Origin: Ilumatobacteraceae bacterium
GTDB lineage: Bacteria > Actinomycetota > Acidimicrobiia > Acidimicrobiales > Ilumatobacteraceae
Assembly (NCBI GenBank): GCA_044361815.1
Contig: JBIKID010000001.1
Span: forward strand, 38,103 to 102,102
DNA: 64,000 nt
Direction of reading: 5' to 3'
Position 1 is the stretch's first letter. Each line of letters begins with the position of its first letter. A program made the translations under genes and the position numbers. Under the pieces are notes generated by a model, which did not search any database, had not been told where the DNA came from, and saw nothing but the letters and a program-made list of their open reading frames with translations. This document shows, piece after piece, positions 19,920-28,022 of this stretch.

Positions 19920-21494
19920 CTACTTGATTCTGTCCATATCCACTCGGGAATATTGCTCACTATCCATGTAGTGCTTCCATCGCCGATTCAGTTCAAGTAA
20001 ATCTTCTGGATCATCACAAATTTGGTCGTGGTGTGTTCCAAAGTGAGTCACCCGCACCGTAGGGGTCCAAACAGTTCTGTACGACAAGTCTCTTGCCTTG
20101 CAGCAGAAATCCAAATCTGCACCATGATGTTGAAACTCTGGACTGAATCCGCCAAGTTCATGGAAGACAGATCGCCTCACAGCAAAACATGTATCGGTAA
20201 TGCCACTCACGGTTCTTGTCACAGCACTATTTCCCCACCTACCTGGGTCAAGAGAAGATTTGCCCCACGCAAGTCGATGGGGGGTTGAGTGAAGGCTGAT
20301 TCCCGAACTTTCAATCCGAGTGTCGTCCATCAAAATCATTGGCCCAACGATGCCAACTTCAGGGTCGATCATTTGCCCCAAAAATTGTTCGATCCATGCC
20401 GGGGTCATTACTTGGCAGTTCTCATCCATAAAGATGACAGTTTCACCCCGTGCATGGCCAAAACCGATGTTGTACTTCTCATACAAATTCGATGGTTGGG
20501 TTACCTCAACCACTGAGACTCGACGATAAGAACCTTCGCTGGTTTGACCAAACGGCACTGCATATCCCGGGTGTGCATTGAGATCATCAACCACAATGAT
20601 TTCGAAGTTGTCATAAGTCGACGTGTTAACAATGTTGGCCACGAGATGCTCGATCATTCGAACAGTTACACCCCACACACGCGACTTTGTTCCGGTGGTT
20701 GGAATGACAATGCTCACGAGGGGAGACGAAGGTATTTGCGTAAACGTATGGCTATAGCTACCTGGTTGCAGTCTTGCTACTTCGGTATCTGTACCAACGC
20801 GTTCAAAGTGCTCCTCAATTGCTCGCATGCCAGCTTCGTATGCATATGGTTTGGCGGTCGAGTCACCAGCGGTCGAACCCGGCACTACTCGCCAGTGATA
20901 TAAAACTTCTGGAATATGAACAACTGAACGTGCTCGTTCTGTTGCCCGCAAAATTAAGTCATAGTCCTGTGAACCGTCAAAGCCTCGCCGAAAGCCACCA
21001 ATGTCATCCAGGAGTGTCTTTCGAAATACTGAAAAATGACAACAATAATTTTGGCCGCGGAGACGAATCTGATCAAAGGGTGGTTTTTGAAACGAATCGT
21101 AATGTTGGTCATTTGCGTTGATCTTGTCTTCGTCCGTATATATATAGTCAGCCTCGGGGTTGACCAATAGCGTTTCAGCAACCCTGGCCAGAGCCTCAGG
21201 GTCAAGCGTGTCATCATGATCAAGGAGCCCAACAAATTCCCCAGTAGCCATATGAAGTGCGTCTTGAGAGGCATCAACAATGCCACCATTGGTTGCTCGA
21301 AGGGCAACCCGGATACGTGGATCGCGAGCCATTGCCTTTTGCAAAATCTTTTGCACGTACTTGTTGGTTGATTGATCATCAACCACACACCACTCCCAGT
21401 TGGTAAATGACTGCTCTTGCATTGATTTAATGCATTCCAATAGCGCATCGGCCGGTGGGTTATACACGGGAGTCACGATGCTAAAAAACGGCAT
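19920..21494 (-). CDS. Two-domain family 2 glycosyltransferase
   Basis: Domain 1 FSIVTPVYNPP...CVVDDQS...LDHDD. Domain 2 VSIVIPTTG...IVVDD...FMDEN. Confidence 0.85.
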   Translation of the reverse strand: MPFFSIVTPVYNPPADALLECIKSMQEQSFTNWEWCVVDDQSTNKYVQKILQKAMARDPRIRVALRATNGGIVDASQDALHMATGEFVGLLDHDDTLDPEALARVAETLLVNPEADYIYTDEDKINANDQHYDSFQKPPFDQIRLRGQNYCCHFSVFRKTLLDDIGGFRRGFDGSQDYDLILRATERARSVVHIPEVLYHWRVVPGSTAGDSTAKPYAYEAGMRAIEEHFERVGTDTEVARLQPGSYSHTFTQIPSSPLVSIVIPTTGTKSRVWGVTVRMIEHLVANIVNTSTYDNFEIIVVDDLNAHPGYAVPFGQTSEGSYRRVSVVEVTQPSNLYEKYNIGFGHARGETVIFMDENCQVMTPAWIEQFLGQMIDPEVGIVGPMILMDDTRIESSGISLHSTPHRLAWGKSSLDPGRWGNSAVTRTVSGITDTCFAVRRSVFHELGGFSPEFQHHGADLDFCCKARDLSYRTVWTPTVRVTHFGTHHDQICDDPEDLLELNRRWKHYMDSEQYSRVDMDRIK

Positions 21495-21504
21495 CAGTTT
21501 GTTA

Positions 21505-21771
21505 TCACTTTCCGCGGATGTTTAATACGCGAAGCAATAAACGCTTTGGAGTCAGCAGTAATTGCACAAGCTTCCAAGTAAAACTGTTAATAATCACCCA
21601 GTTTCGATCGCGAGTTTCCCGAACTTCCTCTTTGATCACATCGAGTTGCACTCGTAGTTCGCCCAGTTCGGCGCTTAATTCATAAACAGTTTCACGTGCT
21701 TCACGGAGATCCCGTTTAGTCGCTTCTAGTAAATCTGAAGGATCCACCTTCGGATTTTCACTGCTGCTCAT
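21505..21771 (-). CDS. Coiled-coil protein with a TWK-x7-PKR tail (module A)
   Basis: 88 aa. Charged heptad-like segment, then NSFTWKLVQLLLTPKRLL. Ends 10 nt before the GT2 start. Confidence 0.5.
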   Translation of the reverse strand: MSSSENPKVDPSDLLEATKRDLREARETVYELSAELGELRVQLDVIKEEVRETRDRNWVIINSFTWKLVQLLLTPKRLLLRVLNIRGK

Positions 21772-21853
21772 ACAGTTGATCTTACTGCCACCAATAATGC
21801 TGGTCGGCTAGGTGCAAACACTTCACTTGATTGCTAGCGTCATACCGTCTCTC

Positions 21854-21939
21854 GCGCGAGTGGCGAAATGGCAGACGCGCTGGCTTCAGGTGCCAGTGTT
21901 CGTAAGGACGTGGGGGTTCAAGTCCCCCCTCGCGCACCA
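21854..21939 (+). tRNA. tRNA-Leu (anticodon CAG), CCA encoded
   Basis: Acceptor gcgcgag/ctcgcgc, anticodon arm ctggc-ttCAGgt-gccag, long variable arm, T-loop ggttcaagtcc, terminal acca. Confidence 0.9.
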
Positions 21940-21989
21940 TTCACCGTGGCCAAGGGTTTACCTTCCATGAGGCCCGTCACCCTTGAAGA

Positions 21990-24113
21990 GTGGAGCATCT
22001 TTCATTAGCATTTTCGCCGATGCAGACCTTGCACCGCTGGAAAAACCTCAGTCTCGGACTGGTAGTTACCCTCATGATCTGTTCCGCAGTATTTATCGAA
22101 ACAGTCGCACACTCACCTCATATTGCCTATGCAGCTCAGACCAATAGCTATTCCACCTTCGGAACCATCTCTTATGACGCGGGTTTATGCGGAGTCGATG
22201 ACACTTCTGGTGTGGTGGCGAGCCCCGGAATTAAAAAAATTCTGAAGGTTTCGAATACCGAAGTATACGTTGCAGGGTGCTTCACAAACTTTTCAGGTGT
22301 GGCCACCGCCGATTACGTCGCAAAGTGGGACGGCACTTCATGGTCTGGCCTTGGTGCGAGTGGTGATATCAACGCCATTGTCCACGACATTGTGATGTAC
22401 AAAAACGACATTCATATTGCTGGCGAATTCACCGACGCTGGCGGAGATGTTGCAGCCGACATGGTGGCCCGTTGGTCGGGGAGCGCATGGGTGGGTTTGC
22501 CGGTAACGGGCGGAACCAACGAAAACTTTGATTTAGGCAGCCCTCAAGATTCCTTTGGTGACTACGCGGCAGCTCTGAAGGTACAAGAAAATAACGCTGG
22601 CACTATCAACGACGACGTTTTGCTTGTTGGCGGGAGGTTCTATAACGGGATCAACAATGGAACTAGTGGCTCTCAAGTTGATTTCACAAGAAACATCGCC
22701 ACTTGGAATAGCACGGCTTGGGGCAGTATCGACTCCGACTCAAATCCGTTCACCACTTTCACAGTTGACTATGTGGTCCACGACATTGAAGTGGTGGGCA
22801 CTTCAATTTATGTCAGTGGTTACCGCAACAGCACAGCATGTAGTGGTTCATCGACGAGAAGAAATGCATTTCATAAATTTGATGGCACAACCTGGACGCA
22901 ACCCATCACAGTAATTGGCTGTTCATCTTTTATGGGCTCAGGTTTTGGTATCTACACAATGGAAGTTGTGGGCACCAATATTTATGTTGGCGGAACCTTT
23001 ACGTCGCTCTCCAGCGTTGCAGATCACTTTGGCGTGTACAGCACTACGTCGGGAACATTCTCTGCATTCAATGGTTTTGCCGCACAACATGGAACGGGCG
23101 CAGTAGTGCGATCAATCACAACTGTGGGTAGTCAAGTATTCGTTGCCGGATCTTTTCCTGGCGTAACGGGAACTTCCGGAGGAGTTGCACGGTGGACAGG
23201 TACGTCGTGGCAGGGAATAGGCCGCAATGCCCCAACTGTTGTGAACGCAGTACTTGGTGACTCGCTCTACAACGGGTCAGACAGCCGGCTGCTGATGGGA
23301 GCCTCAGGTGTCAATATTGGTGGCATAGCAACCGCAGACGGTTTTGCTGCACTTGATATTTCAGGAGTGTCAACCCTTGATGCTCTTTCAGTTGATGCCG
23401 GAACCTTGACTCCTGCATTTGACCCAGCAGTGACGAGTTACTCATTAACCATTCCGAATGCCTCGTCGTCGGTTACCTTCACCGCATTAGCAAGTGCATC
23501 GGGCGCTGCAATTAAAAGCACCAATAGTTTTGGCACCATCGCAATGTCGAGCGATACAGAAACTCTTTCCGTGTCTGACGGTGCAACAGAAAACATTTCA
23601 TTCGCGGTGTCTGCCACATCGGGAGCCTCTACAACGACGTATGCAGTTGCAGTCACTCGCTCGGCGGTATCAACTACCACTGCGGCTCCAACAACAACAG
23701 CGGCACCAACCACTACTGCCGCCCCAACAACAACAGCGGCGCCAACAACCACTGCCGCACCGGCCCCTGCAACTTCACCTGGCACTACAAGTGCACCAAC
23801 AGTTGCAACAACACCTGGCACTATTGCTACCGCAGCCCCCACAACGGTTACACCTCCAACAACGGTGATTACTCAGCCGGTTGTTTCCTCTTCAAAAGCA
23901 GCTACTGCGGCCTCTCTTGCAAAATATGCAAAAGTGAGTGTTCCCTCGGGAGCAAAGGTAGGCGTGAAGGTACTTCCTAGCTCTGCCAAATACTGCAAAG
24001 TGGTCGGCACCTCGGTAAAGGGAATCAAAAACGGAGTATGCAAGGTAACTCTTACAGTGACTCCAAAAAAAGGTTCAACAGTTTCAAAAACAGTGGTATT
24101 GAAAATTAGTTAA
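21990..24113 (+). CDS. Large secreted/cell-surface protein: signal-anchor, six propeller-like repeats, cadherin-like beta-sandwich segment, Thr/Ala/Pro linker
   Basis: N-terminal hydrophobic segment LSLGLVVTLMICSAVFI. Six repeats of the type IYV(A/G)G-F-x(6-12)-(V/I)A+W-G-(T/S)-W. LSVDAGTLTPAFDPAVTSYSLTIP resembles the cadherin-like beta-sandwich domain. (TTTAAP)5 plus a TAP-rich tail. Start uncertain (GTG 21990 or ATG 22020). Confidence 0.75.
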   Translation: MEHLSLAFSPMQTLHRWKNLSLGLVVTLMICSAVFIETVAHSPHIAYAAQTNSYSTFGTISYDAGLCGVDDTSGVVASPGIKKILKVSNTEVYVAGCFTNFSGVATADYVAKWDGTSWSGLGASGDINAIVHDIVMYKNDIHIAGEFTDAGGDVAADMVARWSGSAWVGLPVTGGTNENFDLGSPQDSFGDYAAALKVQENNAGTINDDVLLVGGRFYNGINNGTSGSQVDFTRNIATWNSTAWGSIDSDSNPFTTFTVDYVVHDIEVVGTSIYVSGYRNSTACSGSSTRRNAFHKFDGTTWTQPITVIGCSSFMGSGFGIYTMEVVGTNIYVGGTFTSLSSVADHFGVYSTTSGTFSAFNGFAAQHGTGAVVRSITTVGSQVFVAGSFPGVTGTSGGVARWTGTSWQGIGRNAPTVVNAVLGDSLYNGSDSRLLMGASGVNIGGIATADGFAALDISGVSTLDALSVDAGTLTPAFDPAVTSYSLTIPNASSSVTFTALASASGAAIKSTNSFGTIAMSSDTETLSVSDGATENISFAVSATSGASTTTYAVAVTRSAVSTTTAAPTTTAAPTTTAAPTTTAAPTTTAAPAPATSPGTTSAPTVATTPGTIATAAPTTVTPPTTVITQPVVSSSKAATAASLAKYAKVSVPSGAKVGVKVLPSSAKYCKVVGTSVKGIKNGVCKVTLTVTPKKGSTVSKTVVLKIS
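23673..23762 (+). repeat. Five tandem 18-nt units encoding (TTTAAP)5
   Basis: Identical at protein level, but every unit uses different synonymous codons (actaccactgcggctcca / acaacaacagcggcacca / accactactgccgcccca / acaacaacagcggcgcca / acaaccactgccgcaccg). Confidence 0.9.
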
Positions 24114-24522
24114 TGAACTTTGTTGCACAGGTCTACGCGTTCGGCGTCGCTCGCATCGGCTACGCCGGCCGCAACACCTTCAAGTGCTGCAAAAGGGCCA
24201 CATTCATGTGGGGTAATCCACACGTGCACCATGGGCGAACCGTCGGTCTCTACAAAGCCAAATCGGCTTGGGTTGAACACTGTGAAATTCGATGGGCATA
24301 CTGAAGCTTGGACTTCAGAGAGTCTTGAAGCCGAAAGTTTTGAACAGATTCTTACCTAGCTCGGTGATTCTGAATGGGCTGATTAATGACGGTAAGCATT
24401 TGGTACGCAAGTTGTAGTAGTCCAAAGTCTTTCCAGGGGGCAGAGTGCGATAAATGGGGACTTCCAGGATGAAGATAGCGTTCTAAGTGCACCTGGAGGT
24501 CTTTGTTTACGATCGATTCGTC

Positions 24523-24543
24523 TTCAAGTCCCCCCTCGCGCAC
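24523..24543 (+). repeat. 21-bp perfect direct copy of the tRNA-Leu 3' end (att-like)
   Basis: ttcaagtcccccctcgcgcac occurs at 21917-21937 (inside tRNA-Leu) and again at 24523-24543. The flanking bases differ. Confidence 0.85.
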
Positions 24544-24561
24544 TACTTCTCTACAGAAGTG

Positions 24562-25374
24562 CTACTGAGGAAATAATTGCACCAGTGGGTCGTGATCGAA
24601 ATACCGACCCCATCGCCGCCAAATTAATGCGGTTTCCTCTGTACCCACCGTTGGGTCACGCGACATAGATTCGTAGTGCACAAATTGAATGCTCGGCACG
24701 TACATCAGCTTTTTGCCGGTTTCTTTCAGCTTAAAACCGAGGTCAACATCGTTGTAGCTACTGGGCAGTTCTTCACACATGCCACCAACTTCTACATAGT
24801 CAGTACGACGCACTGCAAAACATGCCCCCGACAAACCACTTGTTTCGCGAGATGTCATCAACTGACTCTTGAATGCGGTGTCCAGTGGGTCTTTCCCCAC
24901 ACCATATATATGTGGTCGAGGTGCATTCGCATGGCCAGCACATTGCACCAAACCTTCTGGGGTAAGCAGCAAGCCCCCTACGCCACCCACCGATGAGTCA
25001 GCGAATTGCTGTTGTATCTGACTCACCCAACCAAGGTTGCGAGCCAGCATGTCATCGTTAAGAAAGAGAATGATTTCACCACTTGCACGTCGTGCACCAA
25101 CATTGCACTTCTTCGAGAAGTTAAATGGTTCATTGAAACTTTCAATCACTACTTTGGACAACGAAGAGAGAGCATGCGTAACTTCCGAAGGTGTGTGTGC
25201 ATCTGCCACCACAATGATTTCGTGAAGCGCATTTGTCTCCGAACCAAAACTTTTCAGCAGTTCAATTACAAGGTATTGCGCACTTCCATCAATAAGCACC
25301 GAATGGCCGCATGTGGGAATAACAACACTGACACTTGGCGGAGAAGTGGTCAACGTTTGCTGCGCTTTATCCAC
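24562..25374 (-). CDS. Family 2 glycosyltransferase
   Basis: VSVVIPTCGHS..., IIVVADAH, FLNDDM (DxD-like). 270 aa. Confidence 0.85.
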   Translation of the reverse strand: MDKAQQTLTTSPPSVSVVIPTCGHSVLIDGSAQYLVIELLKSFGSETNALHEIIVVADAHTPSEVTHALSSLSKVVIESFNEPFNFSKKCNVGARRASGEIILFLNDDMLARNLGWVSQIQQQFADSSVGGVGGLLLTPEGLVQCAGHANAPRPHIYGVGKDPLDTAFKSQLMTSRETSGLSGACFAVRRTDYVEVGGMCEELPSSYNDVDLGFKLKETGKKLMYVPSIQFVHYESMSRDPTVGTEETALIWRRWGRYFDHDPLVQLFPQ

Positions 25375-25676
25375 CGCAGAGGCGCCATCACGAAGAAGCC
25401 AATCCTCCAGGTCTGTGACTGATGAATGGCAGTAATTTCAGCATCTCGCATGGCAATAATGCGAAGCAACTTCTTGGTGGCTTGTTGAGACGCCTTCTCC
25501 AACGCTTCACGGGCTACTTCTGCAAGACGAAGGCGATCATTTAAATCTTGGATTTCGTTGCGCAACTCGGCATTTGCAAGCTCAACCTTTTCCCGTTGGT
25601 AGACAGCTTCAGTCAGCTCAGCCTTCAACCCAATTGCAACATCACGCAGACGCATTTGCTCAGGGGTGATGGGCAT
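25350..25676 (-). CDS. Coiled-coil protein with a TWR-x7-PLR tail (module B)
   Basis: 108 aa. Heptad-rich, ends HQSQTWRIGFFVMAPLRWIKRSKR. Its 3' end overlaps the GT2 start by 25 nt. Confidence 0.5.
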   Translation of the reverse strand: MPITPEQMRLRDVAIGLKAELTEAVYQREKVELANAELRNEIQDLNDRLRLAEVAREALEKASQQATKKLLRIIAMRDAEITAIHQSQTWRIGFFVMAPLRWIKRSKR

Positions 25677-25912
25677 AGAACTAGTTTATTCACCAACCTA
25701 AAGTCTCTGAGTGCGCGTTACGACTTAGGACGAACCGAATGGGTGGGTTGCAAAACCAACCCGATGGCCAAATAGATGTGGGGGAAGTACTCAGGTGCAA
25801 TTCTGTCCCGATGCAAAATCAACAGCCCTTTCCCATTCTTGATAGTTGACTTATCCCATCGAAGACGAAACTCGTACCAGGTTGGGAAGGCTTATTTTGC
25901 TACTGTTTCAGT

Positions 25913-26683
25913 ATGAAAGTCGTTTTACTTGCCGGCGGACTAGGTACCCGTATGAGAGAGGAAACTGAGTACAAGCCAAAGCCAATGGTAGAGGTAGGTG
26001 GCAAACCGGTCTTGTGGCACTTAATGAAGATATTTGCAGTTCATGGATTGAATGATTTTATTGTGTGTACTGGGTACAGGGGTGATGTCATTAAAGACTA
26101 TTTCCTCAATTATGAGGCTCGGATGAATGATTTCACCGCACATCTTGGGAAATCAAGCCATATCGAAGTACACGGTCAGCATGGAGAAACTGACTGGAAG
26201 GTGACTGTTTCCGACACTGGTGCTACGACTATGACGGGTGGCCGTGTGAAGCGTGTTGGTAAATACACAGAGGGACGATTTATTGTCACTTATGGTGACG
26301 GGCTTGCCGATGTTGACATGAAAGCACTGTTAGCTTTCCACGAGTCACACGGGAAATTAGCCACGGTGACTACTGTTCGACCATTGTCTAGATTTGGTGT
26401 GATGGACCTAGATCAGAAGGGTCAGGTTCAGCAATTTCGCGAGAAACCACAAACCGATGATTTTGTTAATGCTGGTTTTTTTGTGTTTGAATCCGGAGTG
26501 CTGAATTACCTCGACGAAGAGTGCGTGTTAGAACAGGCTCCGCTTGAACAACTTGCAGCAGAAGGTCAACTCATGGCTTACAGGCATGAAGGATTTTGGC
26601 AGCCAATGGATACCTACCGAGAGTTCACAATGCTTAACGAGATGTGGGAAAGCGGAAATGCGCCCTGGAAAGTGTGGAAATAG
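25913..26683 (+). CDS. rfbF: Glucose-1-phosphate cytidylyltransferase
   Basis: MKVVLLAGGLGTRMREET nucleotidyltransferase loop. 256 aa. Overall RfbF/DdhA-like sequence. Followed by the CDP-glucose 4,6-dehydratase gene. Confidence 0.9.
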   Translation: MKVVLLAGGLGTRMREETEYKPKPMVEVGGKPVLWHLMKIFAVHGLNDFIVCTGYRGDVIKDYFLNYEARMNDFTAHLGKSSHIEVHGQHGETDWKVTVSDTGATTMTGGRVKRVGKYTEGRFIVTYGDGLADVDMKALLAFHESHGKLATVTTVRPLSRFGVMDLDQKGQVQQFREKPQTDDFVNAGFFVFESGVLNYLDEECVLEQAPLEQLAAEGQLMAYRHEGFWQPMDTYREFTMLNEMWESGNAPWKVWK

Positions 26684-27681
26684 TGGCGTTACAGGACTCA
26701 GTTGAATATTGGAGCAATAAGAGAGTTCTTGTTACTGGCGCGTCTGGCATGGTCGGTTCCTGGCTCACTAGGTGGTTGGCGGAAAGCGGCGCTTACACGG
26801 TTGCCTTTATTGCCGATACCGATCCACAAAGTGAATTGATAAGAAGTGGAACCATTAACAGGATTAATGTGGCAAACGGTCGTCTTGAAAAATATGATGA
26901 CATTGAACGCGCAATTAATAATCATGAAGTTGACTCTGTTTTTCATTTGGGTGCACAGCCGATAGTCGGTGTCGCAGATCGCGCGCCACGGCATACGTTC
27001 GAATCAAATATTCAAGGCACTTGGAATTTGCTCGATGCATGTCGAACATTATCCCCGCTTGTAAAACGAATCGTTGTTGCTTCAAGCGACAAGGCTTATG
27101 GCACTCAGTTAAATCTCCCGTATACGGAAGATATGTCGATGAATGGAGATCACCCTTATGAGGTTTCCAAAAGTTGCACTGACCTAATCGCTACTACGTA
27201 TGCCCGTACTTATGGCACGCCAGTAACCATTGCGCGTTGCGGCAATATTTACGGTGGTGGAGACCTGAATTGGAATCGCATAGTCCCCGGAACGTTCCGT
27301 TCTTTGCTTCGTGGGGAACAGCCGGTTTTACGAAGCGATGGCACTTTCGTTCGTGACTATTTGCACGTAGACGACATCGTTTCTGCTTACTTGGCTCTAG
27401 GTGAAAAGACCGATAACCCAGCCTTTGCAGGTCAAGGTTTCAATTTCAGCGATGAATCCCCGCTAACAGTTATGGAGATTTATAAGGCGATTTGTGAAGC
27501 TGCTGGCGAAGCTGATAGTGAACCAAAAATTTTGAATGCTGCATCAAGTGAAATTAAAGATCAATATTTGGACTCAACCAAGGCTCACAAAGCTCTGAGC
27601 TGGCAGGCATCAGTATCGCTAAAAGATGGTTTGCAAAAATCATTTGATTGGTATCGCGAATTACTCACAGGTAAGAAATAG
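26683..27681 (+). CDS. rfbG: CDP-glucose 4,6-dehydratase
   Basis: Extended SDR: VLVTGASGMVGSWL, SSDKAYG, YEVSK. The GTG at 26683 overlaps the rfbF stop. The track start 26644 lies inside rfbF. Confidence 0.88.
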   Translation: MALQDSVEYWSNKRVLVTGASGMVGSWLTRWLAESGAYTVAFIADTDPQSELIRSGTINRINVANGRLEKYDDIERAINNHEVDSVFHLGAQPIVGVADRAPRHTFESNIQGTWNLLDACRTLSPLVKRIVVASSDKAYGTQLNLPYTEDMSMNGDHPYEVSKSCTDLIATTYARTYGTPVTIARCGNIYGGGDLNWNRIVPGTFRSLLRGEQPVLRSDGTFVRDYLHVDDIVSAYLALGEKTDNPAFAGQGFNFSDESPLTVMEIYKAICEAAGEADSEPKILNAASSEIKDQYLDSTKAHKALSWQASVSLKDGLQKSFDWYRELLTGKK

Positions 27682-27685
27682 TCCC

Positions 27686-27965
27686 ATGCCTGAAAAATCA
27701 AAGGCAGATCAATTACAAGCTCAAATTTTGGGACTTGTCAAGGAGTATCACTAGGACGCATTTCCCAAGAAGCCATTCCTAGGTGGTAGATCGACGATCT
27801 CTGATTCTAAAAAGTGTTTAACAAAAAAGAACTTGAGCTGCTTGTTGACTTATCACTCGATTTTTGGTTAACAACTGGTCGTTACGCAGAAAAATTATTT
27901 GCGAGGAAAATGGAAATGAAGCATGCGATGTTTTGTAACTCTGGTCTTCAGCATACATTGTTGAG
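27686..27965 (+). pseudogene. Disrupted and 3'-truncated rfbH/ddhC (E1 dehydrase) remnant
   Basis: From ATG 27686: MPEKSKADQLQAQILGLVKEYH*DAFPKKPFLGG..., then in another frame ...[39 protein letters not shown]. This is collinear with the first ~100 aa of the intact copy at 48500 (…[17 protein letters not shown]…[36 protein letters not shown]). It carries an in-frame TAG and at least one frameshift. Similarity ends about 27950-27965. Confidence 0.8.
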
Positions 27966-28022
27966 CCAGCAGTGCCGAATTAGTTACCAGTTGTCAAGCA
28001 TATACGTTTATATGAAAGAGTT

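Noticed and set aside
24352-24543. 63-aa minus-strand ORF, examined as a possible integrase remnant next to the att-like repeat.
   Set aside because: Its start lies within the copied tRNA fragment. I could not see any tyrosine-recombinase motif (no R..H-x-x-R..Y pattern). It is treated as non-coding.
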